Shown here piece after piece: positions 38,648 to 47,426 of a stretch of DNA of 64,000 bases; positions within the stretch are counted from its first letter, which is position 1, and each line of letters begins with the position of its first letter. This DNA is from Candidatus Nealsonbacteria bacterium (GTDB taxonomy: Bacteria; Patescibacteriota; Minisyncoccia; Minisyncoccales; PWPS01): positions 23,414-87,413 of the forward strand of contig PUNQ01000032.1 in the NCBI GenBank assembly GCA_003551845.1, read 5' to 3'. The notes under the pieces were generated by a model. It saw nothing but the letters and a program-made list of their open reading frames with translations. It ran no database searches and was not told the origin of the DNA. Both the position numbers and the translations under genes were made by a program.

Positions 38648-39700
38648 ATGGTGTTGCATTTGGATATGGATTACTTTTTCGCTCAAGTTGAAGAGCGGGA
38701 AAATCCTCGTTTCAAGGGTGTGCCTTTAGTGGTGGGAGCGGATCCGAAAAAAGGAAAAGGGAGGGGTGTGGTTTCTACCTGCAATTATGAGGCCAGAAAA
38801 TTCGGAATTCATTCCGGAATGGCAATATCCAAAGCGTATGAAGCCTGCCCGGAAGCGATATATTTACCGGTAAATATGGAGCTTTACTCGAGAGTTTCGG
38901 AAAATATTTTTCGAATTATCGAGAAAGTTTCCGAAAAATATGAAAAAGTATCTCTTGATGAGGCTTATATCGATCTTTCGGGTTTGGCTGAAAATTATAA
39001 ACAAGCGGAAAGAATCGGTTGTGACTTGAAAAAATTAATCTTCAAAAAAGAAAAGCTTACTTGCAGTGTCGGAATAGGGGAAAATAAAATGATTGCTAAA
39101 ATTGCCTCGGAAGAAGATAAGCCCGATGGATTAAAAGTGGTAAAAGCCGGTGACGCTCTTAAGTTTATTTCTCAAAAATCAATTAGAGAGATTCCCGGAA
39201 TAGGACCCAAAACGGAAAAGAAGTTGGAAATTATTTTGGAAAAATCGGGGTTAAAAATAAAAGATTTGCGGGCGATTTCGAAAAAGCAGTTGGTGGATGT
39301 GCTGGGAAAGAGAGGTGAAGAAATTTATAAAAATGTAAGAGGTGAAGACGATTCCGAAATAGATCTAAAAACAAAAACGAAATCAATCGGCAAAGAGATT
39401 ACTTTCGATCAAGACACTCTCGATCCCGAAAAGATAATTTCTACCTTTAAAAATCTTTCTCAAAGAGTTGCCGGAATGGCAAAAACGGAAGAAAGACCGA
39501 TAAAGACGGTGGTCGTAACTTGTAGATTCGAAAATTTTAACACTTACAGCCGACAAGTCTCCTTCAAGCCTCGAAAACCGACTAAAGGATTAATTTACAA
39601 GAAAGGAGCCAAGTTATTGCTTAAACTTTTGGCTAAAAAATTGAAGCCGGTTCGTCTTTTGGGGATCAGGGTAATTTTTGATGAATCCGATAAAGAATAA
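38648..39700 (+). CDS. dinB: DNA polymerase IV (Y family)
   Basis: HLDMDYFFAQVE, CNYEARKFGIHSGM, SLDEAYID, KPDG, IPGIG. Confidence 0.95.
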   Translation: MVLHLDMDYFFAQVEERENPRFKGVPLVVGADPKKGKGRGVVSTCNYEARKFGIHSGMAISKAYEACPEAIYLPVNMELYSRVSENIFRIIEKVSEKYEKVSLDEAYIDLSGLAENYKQAERIGCDLKKLIFKKEKLTCSVGIGENKMIAKIASEEDKPDGLKVVKAGDALKFISQKSIREIPGIGPKTEKKLEIILEKSGLKIKDLRAISKKQLVDVLGKRGEEIYKNVRGEDDSEIDLKTKTKSIGKEITFDQDTLDPEKIISTFKNLSQRVAGMAKTEERPIKTVVVTCRFENFNTYSRQVSFKPRKPTKGLIYKKGAKLLLKLLAKKLKPVRLLGIRVIFDESDKE

Positions 39701-39705
39701 TAAAT

Positions 39706-40172
39706 ATGAAAAAGATGATAACATATGCGTCGATAAGTCACGGAAAAACCGAAAAAATTGCAAAAGCGATTCATGATGAGCTGGGTGGGGAGTTGGTCCT
39801 TTTTTGGAGGTGACCGAGAAGATGGTTGTAGACGCCGATCTCGTGGGCTTCGGGTCGGGAATTTATATGGCTAATTTCCATAGAAAATTTTTATCTTTTT
39901 TAAAAGAGCTCCCGGAAGTGAGTGATAAAAAAGCTTTTATTTTTTCCACTTCGGGAGTAAAAAAGAATTTGATTTTGAACAGGGGGCATAAGACGGTGCG
40001 GAAGATTTTAAAAAACAAGGGATTTAAGGTCATCGGAGAGTTGGATTGCTTGGGTTATGATGACTACGGCCCGCTCAAATTAATCGGAGGAATAAACAAA
40101 GGACGTCCCGACGAAAAAGATAAAAAACGAGCCAAAGATTTCGCTGAAAAAATAAAAAAAGCAAGCAGTTGA
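39706..40172 (+). pseudogene. flavodoxin family protein, frameshifted at T6 run 39800-39805
   Basis: ATG 39706 gives MKKMITYASISHGKTEKIAKAI (FMN loop); rest (GFGSGIY, FSTSG, NKGRPD) is in the -1 frame; could be an assembly error. Confidence 0.75.
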
Positions 40173-40255
40173 AAAAATCGGATTCCATAAATACTCCCAT
40201 TCATCAAATCGATTATCTTCAAGACATCTATAAGCCGATAAGATCGATGAATACT

Positions 40256-41791
40256 CTATTTTTTGATAAGGGGGCGTCCAAACAGCTTTTTTTTTGATTA
40301 TTCTTTTTATTTGAGAAAGATAGTAGTCCGAATAACTCAAAAAATCAGGATTTTTTGAAAAGAGGCCGTTAAATAAATCAATTATAAAAAGAAAAGGATT
40401 AAAAACAGTTACAGGAGTCTTTTCAACGATATCCGGCCTAATTTTTTTTCTTATAAAATCAGGTAAAACGGGTATCATTCTAAATGCCAGTTGATGCTTT
40501 CGATATATTTTATTTTTATTTTTGTTATCCGATCGTCGATGTAAATAGTATTTTTTGCCGAGATTTATCTCTTCAAGCTCCTTGTCCGACAACTTTCCTT
40601 TTCGGTATTCTTTTTTAACAAGGGCTGTTCCCGGTAAATAAGTAGTCCAAAAAGTTTGGATTCGGTCCGGAGTCATTTTTTTGTAGAATTCAAGAGCTTT
40701 TTTTTGAGCGGTTATCGGCTCATCCGGAAGAGCCAGCATATGATCCAACTGAAGTTTTATTTCATTTTCTTTCATCAGCTTTATTGCCGAAACTATTTGC
40801 TTTTTAGTTTCGTGTCGGTTGAGCTTATTTTTTTTGTATTCCGAATCGAGTGTTTGTACTCCCATTTGAACCCATTTACAACCGGATTCTTTTAGTTGAT
40901 AAGCTATTTCTTTATCCATATATTTGGAATCCACCAAACACCTGAAGGGAAGATCTATCAACCGTTTATATTTTTGAAGAAATTTTTTCAGCCATTCTTT
41001 TTTTACCGTAAACGAATCGTCAATGAAATCGATGTATTTTATATCGTGTTTATTTTTTACTTGCAATAGTTCATTGATAACATTGTCAACACTCCTGAAT
41101 CGTAAATAATTTGTCGGATTTTCAGGAATTTCGGAATAAAAATTATTAAAGCAGTAAGTGCATTTATTGGGACAACCTCTTGAAACAGCGATCGAGTAAA
41201 ACTTATAAGGATTCAAGTATTCTTTCCATATCTCGTGATCGTAAAATGGAAAAGAGTCCAAATTCTGACAAAAATTAACTCCGGGTCCTTTTATAACTTT
41301 CCCGGTTTCGGATTTGTAAAAGGTGTTCGGGATTCTATTTTTAAATTCTTTTTTTTTATTTTCTATTCTTTTTAAAATTTCAACAAATGCTTCTTCTCCC
41401 TCTCCGAATACTGCGAAATCTATAGCTTGCTCATTGATAACCAAATTCGGAACGGCCGATACGTGAACACCTCCGAAAATTATTTTTATTTTCGGATTGT
41501 TTTTTTAGCTTTTTTAGCCACTTCCAATGACCACTGATAAGTTGCAGTTAGGGGTGAGAAGGCGAGCACGTTCGGATTTATTGAATCTATTTTTTTTAAA
41601 ACATCATCCGTCTCATCAATAAATTTTCCGAGAAGAGAGTTGTTGAAGTTGAATCTATCATTGAACAGGGAAGCATTATAGGCTAAAAAAGTTTTATGTC
41701 CGTTTTCTTTCGCTATGGAAGAAAGAGCGCTGATCGAAAGCTGCATAGCTCCTATTCCGACGAAACATATTTTTAGTCCGGAATTTTTCAT
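40256..41791 (-). pseudogene. B12-binding radical SAM protein, split by homopolymer frameshift(s)
   Basis: ORF 41486-41791 joins IIFGGVHV..GEGEE..SRGCPNKCTYC if one A is added to the A7 run (41500-41506); 3' end uncertain (40256 if the A9 run is A8, otherwise 40080). Confidence 0.75.
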
Positions 41792-41951
41792 AAAGACTTA
41801 TATCGTGTATAAATTAACGGCTCCGAGCTGATCGATTCATTACATTTTATCACTTAAATAAAAAAATAAAAATAATTTAATTAGCTTTTTTTAAATGAGG
41901 TATCATGCTAAACTTCGTAAAAGGTTTCAAAAGAAATATAATCAAATAAAA

Positions 41952-42359
41952 ATGACCGAATTAAAACAAATTTACAAATGCGAAATTTGCGGAAACGTAG
42001 TGGAAGTAGTTCATTCCGGAATAGGTGAATTGGTTTGTTGTGGAAAAGCAATGGAGCTCGTTGAGTCGAAAAAAGAAGATGAGGGCGAAGAGAAACATGT
42101 TCCGGTAATAGAAGAGCTTCCCGCTCAAGTCTGTAATGGGAAAGACGGGTTCAAAGTCAAAGTGGGGGAGGTTGCCCATCCGATGGAAAAAGATCACTTT
42201 ATAGAATGGATAGAGATAAATCCCGTTGACGGTAAATCGGGTAAAAAATTTTTAAGTCCGGGAGATATGCCGGAGGTAGAGTTCCATACCCGAAAAGAAA
42301 TTGAAAGTGTTCGAGCTTATTGCAATGTGCACGGATTATGGGTTTTAGAGCTTGATTAA
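41952..42359 (+). CDS. dfx: desulfoferrodoxin (2Fe superoxide reductase)
   Basis: YKCEICGN..LVCCG, EKHVP, HPMEKDHFIEWI, YCNVHGLW; start ATG 41952. Confidence 0.93.
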   Translation: MTELKQIYKCEICGNVVEVVHSGIGELVCCGKAMELVESKKEDEGEEKHVPVIEELPAQVCNGKDGFKVKVGEVAHPMEKDHFIEWIEINPVDGKSGKKFLSPGDMPEVEFHTRKEIESVRAYCNVHGLWVLELD

Positions 42360-42368
42360 TGATTTAAG

Positions 42369-43685
42369 CTAAAATTGCATCTTATTCAATTCTTCGGCAA
42401 CCACTTTCCTGTCATCCCAGGGTATCGTTTTTCCATCTACGGTTATCGATTGCTCCGCTCCTTTGCCGGTTATCAAAACGACATCTCCCTTTTTCGCCAG
42501 AGAAAGAGATTTTTTGATTCCCGCTCTCCTGTCCGCTATCGTAAAGAGATCGACTCCTTTTTGTTTTCCGTTTTCTTCGGCGGCAAAGGCTATTTCTTCT
42601 ATAATTTTTTCCGGATCATCTTCGTAGGGGTCGACATTACTGACAATTACATAATCGGCTTTTTCTGCGGCAATTTTGCCCATGAGTGATCTTTTTGATT
42701 TATCCCTTCCACCACCTTCAGCTCCCAAAAGAAGTATGGTTTTGCCATCACCGGCTATTTTCTTCAAAGTACTCAAAGCATTTTTCATGCTTTTTTGTTC
42801 ATGAGCATAATCAACTATGACCCGGAAAGGTTGACCCATTTCGATCTCCTCCATTCTTCCGGGTATCTTTTTTAGATTTTTGATTCCCGAAAATGTCGAT
42901 TCATTACTTATCTTGAATTTATCCGCTATGATTATTGCCGGAAGTGCGTTATAGATGTTGAATTTTCCTAAAATTTCAATTTCAAATTTTTTCCCGTTAA
43001 CTTCAAATTCAACACCGTTATCTTTTTCTCGTATCTTTTCGGCAACATAGTCCGCCTCCACGTTCTGCAAACCGAAAGTTATCTTTAGGTCACTTTCAAA
43101 ATCGAGATAATAGTCGGCATGATCGTCATCCAGATTGGCTAAGATCATCTTTTCTATGGATCGTCCATCAATCATCTTTTTTCGCTTTGAAAGAATTTCA
43201 AACATCTTACCTTTGGCTTTTTTGTAATTTTCAAAGCTATGGTTATGAGAAGGGAGATGTTCCGGAGAAAGGTTGGTAAAAATTCCGATGTCGTAATTGA
43301 TGCCGTTAGCTCTGTGTTGCTTTAATCCTTCGGATGTGGTTTCGATTATACAAAAGTCACAATTTTTTACGGCCATTTTTTTAATAATTTTTTGAGCCTG
43401 AAATCTTCCGAGCATGGTCATGTGATAGTCATTCAATCTTTCTTCTTTGCCGATTCGGATATTGGCGGAGCTTATCAATCCGACTTTATAGCCTCCGGCA
43501 GTAAGGACCGACCAGATGAAATTTACGGTTGATGTTTTTCCCTTGGTTCCGGTAACGCCGATTACGATCATATCATCGGAAGGGTAGCGGTAATAGAAAG
43601 CAGCAAGGCCGGTTATAACCCGGTGATAAAGCAAAATCACCTTTTCCGGAAGAATTTTCTTTATTGTTTTTTTTATTGAATTCAT
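42369..43685 (-). CDS. murE: UDP-N-acetylmuramoyl-dipeptide--amino acid ligase MurE
   Basis: GVTGTKGKTST, ETTS, FTNLSPEHL, PGRME, VDYAH, GGGRDKSKR, ITGKGAE. Confidence 0.88.
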   Translation of the reverse strand: MNSIKKTIKKILPEKVILLYHRVITGLAAFYYRYPSDDMIVIGVTGTKGKTSTVNFIWSVLTAGGYKVGLISSANIRIGKEERLNDYHMTMLGRFQAQKIIKKMAVKNCDFCIIETTSEGLKQHRANGINYDIGIFTNLSPEHLPSHNHSFENYKKAKGKMFEILSKRKKMIDGRSIEKMILANLDDDHADYYLDFESDLKITFGLQNVEADYVAEKIREKDNGVEFEVNGKKFEIEILGKFNIYNALPAIIIADKFKISNESTFSGIKNLKKIPGRMEEIEMGQPFRVIVDYAHEQKSMKNALSTLKKIAGDGKTILLLGAEGGGRDKSKRSLMGKIAAEKADYVIVSNVDPYEDDPEKIIEEIAFAAEENGKQKGVDLFTIADRRAGIKKSLSLAKKGDVVLITGKGAEQSITVDGKTIPWDDRKVVAEELNKMQF

Positions 43686-43815
43686 CTTCTTAATTTTAAA
43701 AGATTTTTGTTAAAAAGGCAAAATAAAAAGTTTTTTCTCCGATTATTTTAAAATCGATCAAGGGCCCGAAACGACGGTTTTAAAAAAAATTAAATTGGAC
43801 TATAATGATAAAAGT

Positions 43816-44850
43816 ATGAAAGTAGCAATAATCTTCGGAGGAAAATCAGCTGAACATGAAGTTTCCGTAACCTCAGCTAAAAATATTCTGAAAGCTTTGG
43901 ATCGGGACAAGTTCGACCCCGTTCTCATCGGGATTTCCAAATCGGGTAAATGGTTTTTGTGTGATAAAATACCGGAGAGGGAAGTGGAAGAGGAATCCGA
44001 TGCTTTAAAGATGGAAATAGGGGCCGGAAAGCGGGCTCTGATTTCAAGAGGAGATCGGTTGGAAATCGATGTCGCCTTCCCCGTACTTCACGGAACCAAC
44101 GGGGAGGACGGAACAATTCAAGGATTTTTAAAAATAATGAATATTCCTTTCGTGGGTTGCGGAGTTTTGTCCTCATCGGTAGCAATGGACAAGGAGATCA
44201 GTAAAATTCTACTTAAGAGTAAGGGGATCGATGTTGCCGACTGGATAGTAGTAAGAAAAACAGAGGATCTCGATTCGGTTGAAGAAAGGTTCGGTTATCC
44301 GGTTTTCGTTAAACCCGCCAATCTGGGATCTTCAGTCGGAGTCTCGAAAGCTCAAAATGGAAAAGAGCTGAAAGAGGCTTTTTTGAAAGCAGCTCGTTAT
44401 GACGAAAAGGTTTTGGTGGAAGAGTGTATAGACGGGAGAGAATTGGAATGTTCCGTTTTGGGAAATGAAAATCCGAAAGCCTCAAAGGTGGGAGAGGTGA
44501 TTCCCGTGAACTTTTATTCTTATGAAGAAAAATATGCCGAGGATAGCAAGGCCGAGCTCAAAATTCCGGCGAAAATGGATAAGTCGCTTGAAGAAGAAAT
44601 TAGAAAAATAGCTGTTGAGGCCTTTAAGGCCAATGCCTGTTCCGGAATGGCCAGAGTTGATTTTTTAGTGACCGAAGAGAGGATATACGTCAATGAATTG
44701 AATACGATTCCGGGATTCACGAAGATAAGCATGTATCCCAAGCTTTGGGAGGTATCGGGTCTTGAATATTCCGATTTGATTACCGAACTGATTGAGTTGG
44801 CTGTTGAGAGAGATAAAAAAAAGAAGGGGTTAAAATATTCTTATCGATAA
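43816..44850 (+). CDS. ddl: D-alanine--D-alanine ligase
   Basis: FGGKSAEHEVS, LHGTNGEDG, KPANLGSSVG, FYSYEEKY, NELNTIPG. Confidence 0.96.
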   Translation: MKVAIIFGGKSAEHEVSVTSAKNILKALDRDKFDPVLIGISKSGKWFLCDKIPEREVEEESDALKMEIGAGKRALISRGDRLEIDVAFPVLHGTNGEDGTIQGFLKIMNIPFVGCGVLSSSVAMDKEISKILLKSKGIDVADWIVVRKTEDLDSVEERFGYPVFVKPANLGSSVGVSKAQNGKELKEAFLKAARYDEKVLVEECIDGRELECSVLGNENPKASKVGEVIPVNFYSYEEKYAEDSKAELKIPAKMDKSLEEEIRKIAVEAFKANACSGMARVDFLVTEERIYVNELNTIPGFTKISMYPKLWEVSGLEYSDLITELIELAVERDKKKKGLKYSYR

Positions 44851-44852
44851 AA

Positions 44853-44879
44853 AAAAGAGAGCTGTCGCAGCTCTCTTTT
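44853..44879. terminator. bidirectional terminator
   Basis: AAAAGAGAGCTG-TCG-CAGCTCTCTTTT. Confidence 0.85.
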
Positions 44880-45022
44880 CAGGAAAAGTCCTCCCTTTTA
44901 TGACGATTGGCCGTTATCTCTTCTTGCCGTGATTTTTTGCTCATCTTCCTGTTAAAAACTTCCCTGCAGGGCTTTTCCGGAATTATGTCGATTATATTCT
45001 TTCCTTTTTTTCTAACTTGCAA
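44879..45022 (-). CDS. putative 47-aa basic small protein (not in ORF track)
   Basis: AAGGAGGTGA SD, 5 nt, TTG start; MQVRKKGKNIIDIIPEKPCREVFNRKMSKKSRQEEITANRHKREDFS; TGA abuts the terminator. Confidence 0.55.
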   Translation of the reverse strand: MQVRKKGKNIIDIIPEKPCREVFNRKMSKKSRQEEITANRHKREDFS

Positions 45023-45057
45023 GAAAGTCACCTCCTTGCTAAATATTAACAAAAATT

Positions 45058-45384
45058 ATGAAATTTAAAAGTTACCAAGAAAAAAGCCGAGAGACGGCCA
45101 TATATCCGGAAGAAGATGGATTTGCATACCTTTCTTTGGGTTTGTCGGGAGAAACGGGTGAAGTTGCCGATAAGTTTAAAAAAATAATCAGAGATAAACA
45201 AAAAAAGATAACCGACAAGGATCGGGAAGAAGTGGAGAAAGAATTGGGTGATGTGCTTTGGTATATTGCTCAAATATGTAACGAATTGAATATCTCGATG
45301 GAAGGTGTCGCAAAAAAAAATCTAAAAAAACTTTCTTCCAGAAAAAAGCGTAAAAAACTGAAAGGTGAAGGGGATAACAGATAA
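45058..45384 (+). CDS. MazG-like nucleotide pyrophosphohydrolase
   Basis: LGLSGETGEVADKFKK, KELGDVLWY. Confidence 0.9.
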   Translation: MKFKSYQEKSRETAIYPEEDGFAYLSLGLSGETGEVADKFKKIIRDKQKKITDKDREEVEKELGDVLWYIAQICNELNISMEGVAKKNLKKLSSRKKRKKLKGEGDNR

Positions 45385-45385
45385 A

Positions 45386-46618
45386 ATGAGTTTTTTAAAA
45401 GAGATACAAAAAAATGTAGAAAATGCCGCTAATGAGATTTCCGCTCCCGATTTTTTGGTTAAAGATTTGAAAAATCCGGATAGATTTTTGGAGTTCAAAA
45501 TAAAAGTTGATAATGAAATCTTTACCGGGTACAGATCGCAACACAACAATTTATCGGGCCCTTACAAGGGAGGGGTTCGTTTTCACAAAAATGTGTCCGC
45601 TGATGAAGTGAAAGCGCTTTCGATTCTGATGACCTTGAAATGTGCTTTGGTCGGGGTTCCTTTCGGAGGCGCTAAAGGAGGAGTTAAAATCGACACCAAA
45701 AAATACGATAAGAGCAAGCTTCAATCGGTTGCCAGGCAGTATGTTCAAAAGGCTTTTCCGATTATCGGTCCCGAGGTTGACATTCCGGCACCGGATATTA
45801 ATATCGACCCCGAGCTGATCTCAATAATGGTTGACGAGTATTCCAAGATTGCCGGAAAGCCAAGCCCCGCCTCTTTTACCGGCAAAAAGCTCCGAGACGG
45901 TGGAATTGACGGAAGAGTTGAAGCGACCGGTTACGGAGGTTTTGTCATTTTGACTGAATTGATGAAATCGATCAACAAGGATCCGGAAGAAGTGGTGGTT
46001 GCCATTCAGGGGTTCGGCAATGTCGGCTATCATTTCGGTTACTTTGCAAAAAGAAGAGGATTCAAAGTAGTGGCCGCATCGGAAAGTGCCGGGGGAGTGC
46101 TGATTAAAGAGGGTATCGATATAGTTAAAACGAAAAAATGTGCGAACGAAAAAGGAACGATATTGGATTGTTTTTGTGCAAACGGAAGCTGTGGACATGA
46201 AAAAGGGGAGAGGATCAAAAATGAAGAACTGCTTACGCTCGATGTTGATGTTTTGGTTCCCGCTGCAGTCGAAGACGTAATAACGAAGAAAAATGCGAAC
46301 AAAATAAAAGCCGACCACGTTCTTTGCCTGGCCAACAATCCGGTTACTTCCGGTGCCGAAGATATCTTGACCGCAAAAGGAGTGGAGGTGATTCCGGACA
46401 TTTTAACCAATTCCGGTGGGGTCATAGCATCTTATTTCGAGTGGAAAAAAGGGTTGAAAGGAGAAGAAATTTCAAAGGAAGAAGTTTTTTCCGGAATAGA
46501 AAAATTTTTACGTCCCGCTTTTGCAAATCTTCGGGAAAAACGAAGATGTGGAAGCAGTATGAGGATGAGCGCTTATAAATTGGCAATTGAAAATTTAATG
46601 AAAAAACATAATGAATAA
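45386..46618 (+). CDS. gdhA: Glu/Leu/Phe/Val dehydrogenase (glutamate dehydrogenase)
   Basis: GPYKGGVRF, PFGGAKGG, DIPAPD, ATGYG, QGFGNVG, PDILTNSGGV..SYFEW. Confidence 0.92.
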   Translation: MSFLKEIQKNVENAANEISAPDFLVKDLKNPDRFLEFKIKVDNEIFTGYRSQHNNLSGPYKGGVRFHKNVSADEVKALSILMTLKCALVGVPFGGAKGGVKIDTKKYDKSKLQSVARQYVQKAFPIIGPEVDIPAPDINIDPELISIMVDEYSKIAGKPSPASFTGKKLRDGGIDGRVEATGYGGFVILTELMKSINKDPEEVVVAIQGFGNVGYHFGYFAKRRGFKVVAASESAGGVLIKEGIDIVKTKKCANEKGTILDCFCANGSCGHEKGERIKNEELLTLDVDVLVPAAVEDVITKKNANKIKADHVLCLANNPVTSGAEDILTAKGVEVIPDILTNSGGVIASYFEWKKGLKGEEISKEEVFSGIEKFLRPAFANLREKRRCGSSMRMSAYKLAIENLMKKHNE

Positions 46619-47426
46619 TTTGATTTTAATCGATTTGGAAACTACGGGAACCGACCCCGACTTTCATGAAATAATTGAGATCGGAGGTATAAAGATTAAA
46701 AATATGAACCCGGTTGATGAGTTTTGCACTTTTGTCAATCCGAAAAGAAAGCTGAGCCCCGAAATAGTCGATATAACCGGAATAAGGGATGATGATTTAA
46801 AAAATGCACCTGAAAAAGAAGAGGCAATAGATAACTTCAAAAATTTTATAGGTGACACGCCTCTTCTGGCTCACAACATGGATTTTGACCGTTCCTTCAT
46901 AGAAAAAGAGGGAATAAAGGGTCCTTTTTTGGACAGTCTGGATTTATCCTGTATGCTTTTTCCGATAGAAAAAAAACATACCCAGGAGTATCTGCTTAAA
47001 AAAATTTGCGGGGTCAGCTATGAAGCCCACAGAGCACTTGAGGATGCGAAAAATCTTTTTACACTTTATAAAAGACTTTTGGATAGGGCGAAGAAAATGG
47101 ATGAAAGAGTAAAAAAAGAGATTCGTAATGCACTCAAGAGAACCGATTGGGAATTTAAGGAGATTTTCAGTTTTGATTCGAGTGAAGATGATTATTTGAC
47201 CGAAAAAGCGGAAAAAGCTAAATTTTGCCCAAAAAATTTGCCCGAAAACGCGGAAGGAATTCCCATGGCTCATCTGATGTCTTGGCTTTTTTATACCGAA
47301 ACGGGGAACTTGTCCGAGATTTCATACTGGGTAAGAAGAAAATACGAAAGCTTTTTTAAAAGAGTGAGTATAAAAAAGTGTAAGGGAAAGTGTAATTACT
47401 TTAATAACAATGGGCGATTATTCTAA
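46611..47426 (+). CDS. DEDDh 3'-5' exonuclease (DnaQ-like) with DinG-like C-terminal fragment
   Basis: DLETTG, AHNMDFD, HRALEDA; tail FCP..SWLFYTETGNLSEI..C..C. Confidence 0.85.
   Translation: MNNLILIDLETTGTDPDFHEIIEIGGIKIKNMNPVDEFCTFVNPKRKLSPEIVDITGIRDDDLKNAPEKEEAIDNFKNFIGDTPLLAHNMDFDRSFIEKEGIKGPFLDSLDLSCMLFPIEKKHTQEYLLKKICGVSYEAHRALEDAKNLFTLYKRLLDRAKKMDERVKKEIRNALKRTDWEFKEIFSFDSSEDDYLTEKAEKAKFCPKNLPENAEGIPMAHLMSWLFYTETGNLSEISYWVRRKYESFFKRVSIKKCKGKCNYFNNNGRLF

Noticed and set aside
39795..41510. Programmed -1 ribosomal frameshifting at the two split genes
   Set aside because: Neither site forms an in-frame X XXY YYZ heptamer and I saw no stimulatory structure; homopolymer indels explain them more simply
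43816..44850. VanA-type D-Ala-D-Lac ligase
   Set aside because: The omega-loop has Tyr (FYSYEEKY) as in D-Ala-D-Ala ligases, and no van cluster is adjacent
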